Positions 20,860-32,369 of a DNA stretch of 64,000 nt are shown here, in pieces; position 1 is the stretch's first letter; every line of letters starts with the position of its first letter. A model generated the notes under the pieces. It had not been told where the DNA came from, ran no database searches, and saw nothing but the letters and a program-made list of their open reading frames with translations. This DNA comes from Alphaproteobacteria bacterium (GTDB lineage Bacteria > Pseudomonadota > Alphaproteobacteria > Bin95). The stretch spans positions 960,001 through 1,024,000 of the forward strand of contig CAXXWS020000002.1 in the NCBI GenBank assembly GCA_963665325.3, read 5' to 3'. The position numbers and the translations under genes are program-made.

Positions 20860-21549
20860 TCAGGAAACCTCCCTCGCCACGCGGTAGTTCCGCACATGGT
20901 CGGGCAGGGCGGTGCCGGGGTCCTGGCGGTCGTCGGGGATCGGGTCGCCCGGTGTCTTCGGAACGAACGGGATGACGCCCGCCCAGACCGGATGGCCGTA
21001 ATCCTCGTCGTCATCGACCGGACCGCCGGTGCGCACCTTGGCTGCCGCTTCGTCGATGGGCATGCCGAGGATGGTCGTCGCCTTGACCTCCTGTTCGTTG
21101 ATCTCGCGAAGCTGCTCCCAGCGGCCGGGGAACATCTGCTCGACGAAGATGCGCATACGCTCGATCTTGTCGTCGCGGCGCGTGATCTTGTGCGCGGTGC
21201 CGAACAGCATGGCCGAGCGGTAATTCACCGAGTGGTGCATGCCCGAGCGCGCCAGCATCAGGCCGTCCAGCTCGGAGACCGTGAGGCAGACCTCGTAACC
21301 CGCGGACTTGCGCAGCATCCGGCTCGCCGAGGACCCGTGCCAGTAGATATGGTCCCCCTCCCGCCAGTAGAGCGTCGGCGTGACCACCGGGGCGCCGTCC
21401 AGCACATAGCCCACATGCGCGAGCAGGCAGGCGTCCAGAATTCCGTAGAGCCTCTGCTTGTCGTAATGCCCGCGTTCATATTTGCGGCGCAGGCGGGAGC
21501 GATTGCTGGGCGCGGTATTGCGCACGGCGGGTCCTTTCGTTTGTGTCAT
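20860..21549 (-). CDS. Pyridoxamine 5'-phosphate oxidase-like flavin-binding protein
   Basis: RGHYD, YWHGSSASRML, ARSGMHHSVNYRSAM, WAGVIP. Confidence 0.85.
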   Translation of the reverse strand: MTQTKGPAVRNTAPSNRSRLRRKYERGHYDKQRLYGILDACLLAHVGYVLDGAPVVTPTLYWREGDHIYWHGSSASRMLRKSAGYEVCLTVSELDGLMLARSGMHHSVNYRSAMLFGTAHKITRRDDKIERMRIFVEQMFPGRWEQLREINEQEVKATTILGMPIDEAAAKVRTGGPVDDDEDYGHPVWAGVIPFVPKTPGDPIPDDRQDPGTALPDHVRNYRVAREVS

Positions 21550-21559
21550 CGTCCGTCGA

Positions 21560-22414
21560 TCACGCCGGCAGCCTTACGCGGCAGTCGGCCAGCGGCAGGC
21601 CGGGCGTCTCGACCCGGGTGCGGAAGACGGTGCCGCAATTCTCGTGCGGCCCGCCGCGCGAGCCGGTGACGATGTAGAGGTCGCGCAGGTCGGCGCCGCC
21701 GAAGCACACGCTGGTGACCATCGGCAGCGCCACCGGGACGGAGCGGGCCTCCTCGCCCTCCGGCGAGAAAACGGCGACCCGCCCGCCATGTGCGAGCGCC
21801 ACCCACACCGTGCCGTCGGCCGCCACCGCCAGCCCGTCCGGCACATCGCCGGGTATCTGCGCGAACACCCGCCAGGGCGAGACATTGCCTGCCGTGTCCA
21901 CGTCATAGACGCGGACGAGTTCCGCGCGCGCGTCCGAGTGGTAGAGCCGCGTTCCGTCCGGCGAGAAACCCATACCGTTGGTCAGCATCACGCCGTCCGA
22001 GAGCGTGTGCGCGCTGCCGTCGAGATCGACCCTGTGCAGATGGCCCGGCCGCGGCTCCTCCCCGCCGAACACCCGGAAGGCGAGCGAGCCCGCCCAGAGG
22101 CGGCCCTGCGCATCGGTCGTGAAATCGTTGAAGCCGATGGCGTGCTCGGTCACATCGTTGTCGAGCAGCACCCGGCTCGGGCCTCCGGCGAAGCTCTTGA
22201 AGGCCAGGTTTCGCCCGCCGACGACCAGCCCGTCGGCCTCGTGCAGCGCCATGCCTCCGATGCCCCGGCGGTGCGGGAACTGCTCCGAGACGCTGCCGTC
22301 CGCGTCCAGCCGGAACACGCCGCCGTTCGGCACGTCGGAGTAGTAGAGGCACTGCCGGGCCGGATCCCAGACAGGCCCCTCGATCAGCCCGTAGCCGGTC
22401 GCGAGTTGTTCCAT
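21560..22414 (-). CDS. SMP-30/gluconolactonase/LRE family protein
   Basis: EGPVWD, FND, NGMGFSPDG, PDGLAVAADG, TSVCFGG. Confidence 0.9.
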   Translation of the reverse strand: MEQLATGYGLIEGPVWDPARQCLYYSDVPNGGVFRLDADGSVSEQFPHRRGIGGMALHEADGLVVGGRNLAFKSFAGGPSRVLLDNDVTEHAIGFNDFTTDAQGRLWAGSLAFRVFGGEEPRPGHLHRVDLDGSAHTLSDGVMLTNGMGFSPDGTRLYHSDARAELVRVYDVDTAGNVSPWRVFAQIPGDVPDGLAVAADGTVWVALAHGGRVAVFSPEGEEARSVPVALPMVTSVCFGGADLRDLYIVTGSRGGPHENCGTVFRTRVETPGLPLADCRVRLPA

Positions 22415-22430
22415 TCCGTCCTGCGCCCCG

Positions 22431-22889
22431 CTATCCGGTCTGCACCTTGATGGGCACGTCGTCGTCCCAGGGAAAGACGATCCAGGTGTCCTGGCTCACC
22501 TGCGTGACGGTGGTATCGACCATCGGGCGCCCTGCCGGCTTGGCATAGACGGTCGCGAAATGCGCCTTGGGCAGCATGCCGCGCACGATCTTCGCAGTGA
22601 CGCCTGTATCCACAAGGTCGTCCACGATCAGCAGGCCCTCGCCGTCCTCGCCTTCCAGCGCCTTGAGCACCACCGGATCGCGATGCTCGCGGTCGTCATA
22701 GGAGGAGATGCAGACGGTCTCGACGAAGCGCAGCTCCAGTTCGCGCGCCACGATGGCGGCCGGCACCAGCCCGCCCCGCGCAATGCCGACAACGCCCCGG
22801 AACGGACCCGCTTCGCTCAGCCGCCAGGCCAGTGCCCGCGTATCCCGGTGCAGGTCATCCCAGGTGACAGGAAACGATCTCTGTGCCAT
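22431..22889 (-). CDS. gpt: Xanthine phosphoribosyltransferase
   Basis: [22 protein letters not shown] motif [19 protein letters not shown]; ATG 22889. Confidence 0.92.
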   Translation of the reverse strand: MAQRSFPVTWDDLHRDTRALAWRLSEAGPFRGVVGIARGGLVPAAIVARELELRFVETVCISSYDDREHRDPVVLKALEGEDGEGLLIVDDLVDTGVTAKIVRGMLPKAHFATVYAKPAGRPMVDTTVTQVSQDTWIVFPWDDDVPIKVQTG

Positions 22890-23044
22890 GCCCGGATTTC
22901 TCACCAATGTCGTGGTCTGCGCGGCGCTGTCGAGCCGGCAGGGAAGGAAAGACGCGTAGCGCGATGCGGCGCATCGGGCAAGCGGATTGACGCACCATGC
23001 CGACCCGACAGCGCCGCCCTTCGGGTCGCGCCCAGGCGTCCGCC

Positions 23045-23145
23045 CGCGGCGGCGCAAACGCCGCCATCTATACGAAATGCCGCGTTGCGCGCGGCGGCGT
23101 AACCGCCGCGATCCAAACAAACTGCCGCGTTGCGCGCGGCGGCGC
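23045..23145. repeat. Short imperfect tandem repeat (about 45-bp unit, about 2.2 copies) of palindromic elements
   Basis: TGCCGCGTTGCGCGCGGCGGCG at 23078 and 23123; hairpin GGCGGCG-CAAA-CGCCGCC. Confidence 0.55.
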
Positions 23146-23243
23146 GGGCCTCAACCGTAGCCCCCGCTACGCTCTTCGGCCCGGTCCTTGCGGATCGAGC
23201 GCGTGGACGCGACGCAGGCCGTGACATTGGTGAGAATTCCGGG

Positions 23244-24434
<1,191 letters not shown>

Positions 24435-24466
24435 CGCCGTTCCCCCTTCTCCGTCGGCGCTAAAGG

Positions 24467-25384
24467 CTAGGCGCGCGCCAGGGCGGCGACAAGGGCGACG
24501 GCGGCCTTCATCTCCCGGTGCAGGTCGCGGGCCTCGTCCACGGGGTCCTCGGCGATACCGGGCAGGATGGGGCGGCGGGTGCGCAGCTTGAGCAGCGCGG
24601 CGGTGCCGTCCAGGCGAAGTTCCGCGGAGTCGGCATCCGCTGCCTTGCAGAGCGTGGCCATCGCATCGGCCAGCGCGGGTGTTGCCAGCCGTCCGGCGTC
24701 CTCCGGGTCCAGGGTCCAGACTTCCAGCGCGCCCGACTCCCGCCGGCGTAACTCCGGCATGGCCGCGCTGAGGTCGGCGAGCCATTCCATCGCCATGTCG
24801 CGGCGGGTGAAGGCGAAGGCCATGCCGGCGGTCGGCCGCAAGCCCTCCACGGCGAGCACGGCGCCGCGAAACACCTCCTTCATCTTGCCCGTGGTCACAA
24901 GCGATTCGAGCTTTGCGGGCCCGCCCCTGGTGAGCGCCGCGCGGGCATAGCCGAAGGCGAGGCCCTCATGCTCGCCGCGAACCAGGTCGCCGCCGGTATA
25001 GTCCGACCAGCGGGCGAACATGCGCGAACGCTTCAGCACCTCCTCGGCGATTCGTCCGCCCGGCAGATAGTCGAAATCCCCGAGCGTCCCCAGCACCAGC
25101 GGTGCGAGCGCACTCTTCTCGCCCAGGAGCTGGCGGCGGGAGGGCGCGAGCGCCCAGATCAGCATGGCTGCGAAGCAGGCCGCGCCCACGACCACCAGAA
25201 TCTGGAGCCGGCTCTCTCCCAACCGCCAGCCTCCGGCCCAGGCAAGCAGGAGCGCGAGCCCGAAGGAAAGGCCGACCGCAAGCGTCGCGAACCCCCGCTG
25301 GCGCAGCGTCCGGTCGGTCTCCGCCCGACGCTGGCTGACCAGCGCGGCCGCCTCGCGAAGCTCGCGCGTCGAAAGCGCCGTCAT
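24467..25384 (-). CDS. Membrane-anchored hypothetical protein (DUF3137-like)
   Basis: Two N-terminal TM helices, then YTGGDLVRG and VFRG segments. Confidence 0.55.
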   Translation of the reverse strand: MTALSTRELREAAALVSQRRAETDRTLRQRGFATLAVGLSFGLALLLAWAGGWRLGESRLQILVVVGAACFAAMLIWALAPSRRQLLGEKSALAPLVLGTLGDFDYLPGGRIAEEVLKRSRMFARWSDYTGGDLVRGEHEGLAFGYARAALTRGGPAKLESLVTTGKMKEVFRGAVLAVEGLRPTAGMAFAFTRRDMAMEWLADLSAAMPELRRRESGALEVWTLDPEDAGRLATPALADAMATLCKAADADSAELRLDGTAALLKLRTRRPILPGIAEDPVDEARDLHREMKAAVALVAALARA

Positions 25385-25571
25385 CGCGCCGTGGACTGCC
25401 GATTGACTGTCATGCCGCCAAGATAGCGGCTAACCCGCTCCGCCTCGACTCCCCCGCGCGGAACTCCTCGCGCGGAAGTGGACGTCCCGGGTAGGGGCCC
25501 TCCTGCGAAAAATGCCCTCAGTCAGCCACTACGAGGATTTTCGTGTCTAGTGAGTGATCTCGCGCCGACGA

Positions 25572-26060
25572 TCAATCCGGATCGTCCGCCGGCAGAGCAA
25601 TCGGCGCAATCCGGCCGACGATGCCCCGGGGAAACTTGTAGCCCTCGAAATTCGGCCGCCCAAATACTTTTCTGCAGAGTTCGGTCAGCATTTCGATATC
25701 TTCCTCATCATTATCCCACACGAATTCACCGCCTGCCCTTACTGCGCCCCACATCAAATTGGCCATGAAATTACTTACTCCGTTGTTCTTCAGAAGTGTA
25801 AAAAACAAGTCGTCTGTAATGTCCCTGTCCGCTTGGTGGTTATAGTACATCCAGTCATGGATAAGGGACGGCAGCATTACGTCCGGATGAAAGGGAGTAT
25901 AGGTAAACATCCACGCGGGCGCCGGGATGCTCGCTCCGTCGAATCTGAAATATTTGGGCACGATCACCGCAACGTTATCGAGCTCCAGCTTGTAATCGCG
26001 CGACAGCTCGTAAGTATTTTCCGTTGCATGCGGGATGACGATGGGTTGCTTCAGGGCCAT
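25572..26060 (-). CDS. DUF1353 domain protein
   Basis: VPKYFRFDGASIP, SLIHDWMY, AVRAGG; visibly AT-richer than its flanks. Confidence 0.8.
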   Translation of the reverse strand: MALKQPIVIPHATENTYELSRDYKLELDNVAVIVPKYFRFDGASIPAPAWMFTYTPFHPDVMLPSLIHDWMYYNHQADRDITDDLFFTLLKNNGVSNFMANLMWGAVRAGGEFVWDNDEEDIEMLTELCRKVFGRPNFEGYKFPRGIVGRIAPIALPADDPD

Positions 26061-26435
26061 GCGGAGATTCCCGGAGTCAGGTTGAGACCCGCTGCGGGCA
26101 GGCGACAGCGAACTGCCTGACCGTGTCGAGGCTTGAAGGTGAGTGGTCGAAAACACCCGCCATCGCTGCCGTCGCCCCTATCGAAGGAGCCAACAGGAAG
26201 TAGTGTGTATGTTTGTTCATTATATTGCAAGAATAGACATTATCATTCTATTCATGTCCGGAAGCATTCGACCGATCGCTGAAATTCAGAAACGGGGGAG
26301 CCGACCTCGTTGCCGCGCAGGGGGCGCGGTCCGTCGTCTCCCATGCCGCAAAAGGGCGCATCCGGGTCGGAAACGGGCGTATTGCGCCCGCCTGTCCTGT
26401 CACGCTCTCCGTTCGGCAAACAGGAGAGGACGGCC

Positions 26436-27518
26436 ATGACCGGATCGTTTACTGAACGCTTGGCGGCCGGGGAGGCTGTCATCCACGGCAGCGGCTACCT
26501 CTTCGAGATGGAGCGGCGCGGCTACCTTGCGGCCGGCGGCTATGTGCCTGAAGTCGTGATCGACCATCCGGAGGTCGTCGAGCAACTGCACGAGGAACTG
26601 GTGCGCTGCGGTTCGGATGTGGTCCTCGCCTTCACCTATTACGGCCACCGCGAGAGATTGCGCCTCATCGGCCGGGAACATCTGCTGGAGCAGCTCAACC
26701 GCGACGCCATCGCCATCGCCCGCAGGGTCGTCGACCGCCATCCCGGCACGCTGCTCGCCGGCGGGACCTGCAATACCAACATGTACGACCCCGACGACCC
26801 GGCGACGGATGCGACCGCCCGCGCCATGTTCGAGGAGCAGGTCGGCTGGGCGGCCGAAGAGGGCGTCGATTACATCGTCTGCGAGACGCTGTCGCATCTC
26901 GGCGAAGCAAGGATCGCCATAGACGTCTGCAACCGGGCCGGCCTGCCTCTGGTGCTCGGTTTCGCCATCCACCGCTCGGGCAGGCTCAGGGACTTCGACG
27001 GCTCGCTCGCCGAGGCCTGCCGCATCTGCCTGGACGAAGGCGCGCATCTGGTCGGCTTCAACTGCCACCGGGGGCCGGCGACCATGTACCCGCTCCTCCG
27101 CGAGGTTGCCGAAGAGGTGGACCCGGCGCGGCTCTGCACCTGGGCCGTTGCCTACCGAACAACCGCGCTGCAGCCGGCCTTCGGCGCGCTGGTGGACGAC
27201 GCCATGCCGTTTCCCGAAGCGCTGCCGGGCGGGCTCAGCTTTCCGGTCGGGCTCGATCCCTTCCAGTGCACGCGTTACGAGATGGGCGATTTCGCCGGCA
27301 AGTGCCACGAACTGGGCCTGCGCTATTTCGGCGGCTGCTGCGGCACCGGCCCGCACCATGTCCGCGCGATGGCGGAGGCCATCGGGCGCACGCCCCTGGC
27401 GAGCCGCTACAGCCCCGACATGTCGAAGCACTACGCGCTCGGGGACGATGAGAGGCTCCTCAAGCACAACCGGGACTACGTGCCGCAATTCATAGCCGAG
27501 CCGAGGCGCCCCGGTTGA
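26436..27518 (+). CDS. Homocysteine S-methyltransferase family (betaine-homocysteine methyltransferase-like)
   Basis: GYLFEMERRGYL, AFTYYGHRE, Zn ligands GFNC and GGCCG; SD GGAGAGGA. Confidence 0.88.
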   Translation: MTGSFTERLAAGEAVIHGSGYLFEMERRGYLAAGGYVPEVVIDHPEVVEQLHEELVRCGSDVVLAFTYYGHRERLRLIGREHLLEQLNRDAIAIARRVVDRHPGTLLAGGTCNTNMYDPDDPATDATARAMFEEQVGWAAEEGVDYIVCETLSHLGEARIAIDVCNRAGLPLVLGFAIHRSGRLRDFDGSLAEACRICLDEGAHLVGFNCHRGPATMYPLLREVAEEVDPARLCTWAVAYRTTALQPAFGALVDDAMPFPEALPGGLSFPVGLDPFQCTRYEMGDFAGKCHELGLRYFGGCCGTGPHHVRAMAEAIGRTPLASRYSPDMSKHYALGDDERLLKHNRDYVPQFIAEPRRPG

Positions 27519-27571
27519 AGGCAGACGCCCATCGGTCGTAAACCTGCCCGCAGGGTGAAGAGGGAGCCCTC

Positions 27572-28513
27572 ATGCGGATTACGGTTTACGGCGCGGGCGC
27601 CATCGGCGGCCACCTGGCGGTTTCTCTGGCGAGCGCGGGCGCAGAGGTTTCGGTCGTCGCGCGCGGCGCGCATCTCGACGCGATCCGGGAGCGCGGGCTC
27701 CGTATGGGCGAACGCACGGTCCGGGTGCCGGCGAGCGCCGATGCGGCGGAGTTCGGCCTGCAGGACGCCGTGTTCATCACGCTCAAGAGCCACCAGCTTC
27801 CGGCGGCGCTGCAGGGCATTTCGGCGTTGCTCGGGCCGGAGACGGTCGTGGTAACGGCCATGAACGGGCTGCCCTACTGGTACTTCCACGGCCAGGGCGG
27901 CAGGCGCATCGAGAGTGTCGACCCCGGCGGACGCATCTGGCAGGCGATCGGGCCCGGGCGCGCCATCGGCTGCATCACCTTCGTCGCGGCCGATGTCTCC
28001 GCTCCCGGCGTGGTCCACCATACCGGCGGCGCGGAATACCGGATCGGCGAGCCCGACGGCAGCGACTCGCTCCGGCTCGCCGCGCTTGCAGGCGTACTGC
28101 GCGGCGCCGGCATCGGTGTCGAGGTCAGCACGGACATCCGCACCGATATCTGGCTTAAGCTGCTCGCCAATGTCTCCGTGGCTCCGGTCTCCGCGCTTGC
28201 CTGCGCAACCGTCGGTGAGGCAGCGCGGGACGACAGCGCGCGCGATGTGATCCGCCGGGCGATGGAAGAGTGCAAGGCCGTCGCCCGCGCTTTCGGAGTG
28301 GAGATCCCGATCTCGACGGAGGACCGCATCGAAAAGACCGCCGCCTTCGACACCCACCGGCCGTCCCTGCTGCAGGACATCGAGCGCGGCCGCCCGCCGG
28401 AACTCGACCCGACCCTGGGCGCGGTGCGCGAACTTGGCGGCATGGAGGGCGTCGAAACCCCTGTGCTCGACGCCCTCCATGCGCTAACCCACCTGCGCGC
28501 AGCCGCGAACTGA
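27572..28513 (+). CDS. panE: 2-dehydropantoate 2-reductase (ketopantoate reductase family)
   Basis: GAGAIGG, MNG, IWLKL, SLLQDIERGRPPE. Confidence 0.8.
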   Translation: MRITVYGAGAIGGHLAVSLASAGAEVSVVARGAHLDAIRERGLRMGERTVRVPASADAAEFGLQDAVFITLKSHQLPAALQGISALLGPETVVVTAMNGLPYWYFHGQGGRRIESVDPGGRIWQAIGPGRAIGCITFVAADVSAPGVVHHTGGAEYRIGEPDGSDSLRLAALAGVLRGAGIGVEVSTDIRTDIWLKLLANVSVAPVSALACATVGEAARDDSARDVIRRAMEECKAVARAFGVEIPISTEDRIEKTAAFDTHRPSLLQDIERGRPPELDPTLGAVRELGGMEGVETPVLDALHALTHLRAAAN

Positions 28514-28722
28514 CCGGCCTCGGACGGAGAAGGTTTTCTTCCGACTTCAAGGGTGGCGCAGGGAATGCATGCCGATTTCCGCGCCCTCTTGTTTCCTCTT
28601 TTGTTCCGAACCATTCTGTCGTGCCGTTACGGGCAGCGGCCCCCGGCCGGGCGACCCGCCGACTTGACGATACCGGGACGCCGCAGCTAGACGTGAGTGC
28701 AGGAGGCAGTCAACGCCGTTCC

Positions 28723-30225
28723 ATGAATAACCCCGCAGTCAGGGTCCTCGCCGCCTGCGTCGCGGTTTTCCTGCTTTCGTCCTGCGAGGCGGCCCGGAAA
28801 TTCGGGTCCGATTTCGACAAATTCGGGACTAGTTTAACCGCCCAGTTCCAGGGAAAAAAAGCGCCGGTCGCAAAGCCCGAAAAAACCGCCCGGAAGCCTC
28901 CGCTCCACCACAGGACCAAACAGGTCGAACGCGACCGGCAGGCTCGAATTTCGACCACAGCCCCTGTAGACCCCGAAGAGATTCAACCGATCCCGAAAGC
29001 GACGGCCGAGCCGAAACGCCGGACGGCGCTGGGCGCCCTGTTGCCGCGACCCGCGCCGCGACCGTCAGGGGAGAACCGGGACGCTCCGGAATATCGGGGT
29101 CAAAAGCGAAAAGGCGTCGCGTCCGGAGAGGGAGAGTGGCGCTCGCCCGACGGCCACCGTTATGTCGGCGCGTTCCGGAATGGGAAGTTCCACGGGCGGG
29201 GCACATATTACTGGCCCGACGGCGAGCGCTACGAGGGCGATTTCCTGGACGGGAAATTCCAGGGAAACGCCGTCTGGTCTATGGCGAACGGGGATCGCTA
29301 TGCCGGGGAGGTGCGCGACGGCAAGTTCCACGGCAAGGGCACCTACAGTAGTCCCGGCGGCGAGCGGTACGACGGCGATTTCAGGGACGGGAAGTTCTAC
29401 GGTTTCGGCGACTGGACGATGGCGGACGGCAATCGCTATGTCGGCGATGTCCGCGATGACGAGTTCCACGGATGCGGCGCCTATATCTGGGCCAATGGCG
29501 AGTATTACGCGGGTGAGTTCCGGCGCGACAGATTTCAGGGACTCGGCAGCTACGCCTGGCCGGACGGGCTGATGACGACCTGCGAATGGCGGGATGACGC
29601 GGAATTGGAGGGAAGCTGCATCGAGCATCCGGCGGACGGGACGCTTCCCGAACGGGCCGCAGCCGCTTGTTTCCGCACGGCATTCTGGCGCGGCGCCCTG
29701 CCGGTTCCGACCGGCGCCGACAGCGCGGCGCGGGCGGAAGGACAGAAGGCGACAGCGGTGGCCCCGGAAGGGGGGGACCGCGAAGAGGCGAAATATGAGG
29801 GTCAGCACCGCGACGGCAAGCCGCACGGCCGGGGAGTCCTCACCTTCGCCAACGGGGACCGCTATGTGGGCGAATTCGCCGAAGGCGAGATTCGCGGGCG
29901 CGGCACGATGCATCTCGCCAATGGCGATGTGTATGGCGGCGACGGCGAGTTCGACAAGCGGGGGTTCCAGGGCTGCGGCCTCTATGTCCGTGCGAACGGG
30001 GACCGGTATCTGGGGCAGTTCCGCGACGGCCGCTTCCACGGGCGCGGAACTTATGAATGGGCCGAGGGCGTGGCCGCGACCTGCGACTGGCGGGACGGCG
30101 TGCGGGTCGTGGAAAGCTGCAAGGCGCACCGCGTGACGGGCATCGGCGAGCGCTACCGGGGCGAGGGCGTCTGCGGCACGCTCACAGACAGGAATGTGAA
30201 GCAGCGCAAGAGATGGGGACGGTAG
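28723..30225 (+). CDS. MORN-repeat lipoprotein
   Basis: Lipobox LLSS-C and many YxGxFxxGKFHGxG repeats in two blocks. Confidence 0.82.
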   Translation: MNNPAVRVLAACVAVFLLSSCEAARKFGSDFDKFGTSLTAQFQGKKAPVAKPEKTARKPPLHHRTKQVERDRQARISTTAPVDPEEIQPIPKATAEPKRRTALGALLPRPAPRPSGENRDAPEYRGQKRKGVASGEGEWRSPDGHRYVGAFRNGKFHGRGTYYWPDGERYEGDFLDGKFQGNAVWSMANGDRYAGEVRDGKFHGKGTYSSPGGERYDGDFRDGKFYGFGDWTMADGNRYVGDVRDDEFHGCGAYIWANGEYYAGEFRRDRFQGLGSYAWPDGLMTTCEWRDDAELEGSCIEHPADGTLPERAAAACFRTAFWRGALPVPTGADSAARAEGQKATAVAPEGGDREEAKYEGQHRDGKPHGRGVLTFANGDRYVGEFAEGEIRGRGTMHLANGDVYGGDGEFDKRGFQGCGLYVRANGDRYLGQFRDGRFHGRGTYEWAEGVAATCDWRDGVRVVESCKAHRVTGIGERYRGEGVCGTLTDRNVKQRKRWGR

Positions 30226-30369
30226 GCCCGGGGGGCGCTGCGCGGAACCGTCTATCCGTACATCCCGCAAGAGGGAGGGCGTTTCCGTCAGCAGTCCGCT
30301 TGCGCGCCGGTTTGCAGGCGGGGCTGGACCGCCTATCCTGCCGTGGCGCCGGTTGGGGAGGGGGCCGAC

Positions 30370-31497
30370 ATGAACCGACCGCTTGAGGGGTTGCTGGTGG
30401 TCAGCCTGGAGCAGGCCGTGGCGGCGCCGTTCCTGACGGCGCGGTTGGCGGATGCCGGCGCGCGCGTCATCAAGCTCGAACGCAGGGAAGGCGATTTCGC
30501 GCGCGGCTATGACAACTATGTGCGCGGCAGTTCCACCTATTTCGTCTATCTCAACCGGGGCAAGCAGTCGCTCGTCATCGACATCAAGGATGAGGACGAC
30601 CGCGCGCTGCTCCACCGCATTCTCGCCTCCGCCGATATCTGGGTGCAGAATCTGGCGCCGGGCGCGACCGAGCGCGCGGGCTTCGGTTCGGCGGAGTTGC
30701 GTGCCCGCTATCCGCGCCTCATCACGGTCGATATTTCCGGCTATGGCGAGACCGGCCCGCCCTACGACCGGATGAAGGCCTACGACATGCTGGTGCAGGC
30801 CGAAAGCGGCGTGGCGTCGGTGACCGGCTCGGAGGCGGAGCCCGGACGGATCGGCGTCTCCGCCTGCGATATCGCGACCGGCATGTTCAGCCATGCCGCC
30901 GTGCTGGAGGCGCTCATCAAGCGCGGCATCGACGGCAAGGGCTCCGCGATCAAGGCCTCGCTGTTCGCCTCGATGGCGGACTGGATGTCGGCGCCGCTGA
31001 TGTGGCACGAATATGCCGGCCGGACATGGCCGCGCATGGCGCTCCGCCACCCGGCGCTGGTGCCTTACGGCGCCTTCGAGACCTCGGATGGCCACCGGGT
31101 GATGATCGCCTGCCAGAACGACCGCGAATGGCGGCGCTTCGCCGAAACGGTGCTGGAACGCCCGGACCTCGCCGCCGCGCCGAAATATGCGACCCAGGTA
31201 GCGCGGGTGGAAAACCGGCAAGAAGTCGAGGCGGTGCTGGAGGGGATATTGGGCGCACTCGACCGCGAGACACTGCGCGCCCGGCTGGTTGCGGCCGATG
31301 TCGCGTTCGGCAGCGTGAACGCGGTTGCCGACCTCTCCGAGCATCCGGCTCTGCGCCGCGTGGAGATCGACACCGCCGGCGGACCGGTCAGCCATGTCGC
31401 GCCGGCGGTCTATTTCGATGGAGAGCCTCGGGAATACGGGCCGATCCCGGAGGTGGACGAACACGGCGCCCTGATCCGGGAGGAATTCTCGCCATGA
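30370..31497 (+). CDS. CaiB/BaiF family III CoA-transferase (itaconate CoA-transferase-like)
   Basis: SLEQAVAAPF, LADAGARVIKLE, LNRGKQS, KAYDMLVQAESG. Confidence 0.88.
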   Translation: MNRPLEGLLVVSLEQAVAAPFLTARLADAGARVIKLERREGDFARGYDNYVRGSSTYFVYLNRGKQSLVIDIKDEDDRALLHRILASADIWVQNLAPGATERAGFGSAELRARYPRLITVDISGYGETGPPYDRMKAYDMLVQAESGVASVTGSEAEPGRIGVSACDIATGMFSHAAVLEALIKRGIDGKGSAIKASLFASMADWMSAPLMWHEYAGRTWPRMALRHPALVPYGAFETSDGHRVMIACQNDREWRRFAETVLERPDLAAAPKYATQVARVENRQEVEAVLEGILGALDRETLRARLVAADVAFGSVNAVADLSEHPALRRVEIDTAGGPVSHVAPAVYFDGEPREYGPIPEVDEHGALIREEFSP

Positions 31498-32369
31498 CCT
31501 ACACAGCTGCGGACCTGGAGTATCTGCGCGATTCCATCGGCAATACCGAGGAAAGCCGCGACTTTGCCTCGCCGATGCAGATCCACGGCCTCGCCGCGCT
31601 TCTCGACAAGCCCGATGTGCCGCAGATGGGCGACCCCATCGGGCCGATGGGCCACTGGTGCTATTTCTATCCCCGGGTGCCGGCGTCCGGCATCGGCGCG
31701 GACGGGCACCCGGAGCGCGGCGGTTTCCTGCCGCCGACGCCTCTGCCGCGGCGCATGTTCGGCGGCTGCCGCACGACCTACCGTCAGGATGTGCTGATCG
31801 GCGAGGAGATCGTCCGCAAGGGGCGGATCAAGGATGTGGCAATCAAGGACGGGCGCACCGGCATGCTCGTGATCGTCACCATTGCCTACGAGATCGAGAG
31901 CCCGCGCGGCCTCTGCATCGAGGAAGAGCATGACATCGTCTACCGCGACAATCCGCCTGCTGACGCCGCCGACAGCCGCGGCAACAGCGGCAAGACGGGC
32001 AATGCGCCGACCGACCATGTCTTCATTCGGGAAATCGAGCCCGACCCGGTGATGCTGTTCCGCTATTCAGCGATCACCTTCAACGGCCACCGCATCCACT
32101 ACGACCGCAAGTATGTGACCGAGGTGGAAGGCTATCCGGGACTGATCGTCCACGGGCCGCTGACCACGACCCACATGCTGGAACTCGGCATGGCGCAGAT
32201 GCCGGGGCGGCGCGTGGCCCGCTACGATTTCCAGGCCCGCGCGCCGCTGTTCGACAACGCTCCCTTCAAGGTCGCCGGCAAGCCGGGCGACGACGGCGCC
32301 AGCCAGACGCTCTGGTCGGTGACGCCCGAAGGCAATCTGGGCACCGTCGGCACCGCCGCATACGAGTGA
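31494..32369 (+). CDS. Itaconyl-CoA / mesaconyl-C4-CoA hydratase-like double hot-dog protein
   Basis: DGHPERGGFLPP, RRMFGG, EEHDIVYR, LFRYSAITFNGHRIHYD, GLIVHGPL. Confidence 0.85.
   Translation: MTYTAADLEYLRDSIGNTEESRDFASPMQIHGLAALLDKPDVPQMGDPIGPMGHWCYFYPRVPASGIGADGHPERGGFLPPTPLPRRMFGGCRTTYRQDVLIGEEIVRKGRIKDVAIKDGRTGMLVIVTIAYEIESPRGLCIEEEHDIVYRDNPPADAADSRGNSGKTGNAPTDHVFIREIEPDPVMLFRYSAITFNGHRIHYDRKYVTEVEGYPGLIVHGPLTTTHMLELGMAQMPGRRVARYDFQARAPLFDNAPFKVAGKPGDDGASQTLWSVTPEGNLGTVGTAAYE

Noticed and set aside
26280-26435. SAM/SAH riboswitch upstream of the BHMT-like gene
   Set aside because: No recognisable consensus by eye; would need an Rfam scan
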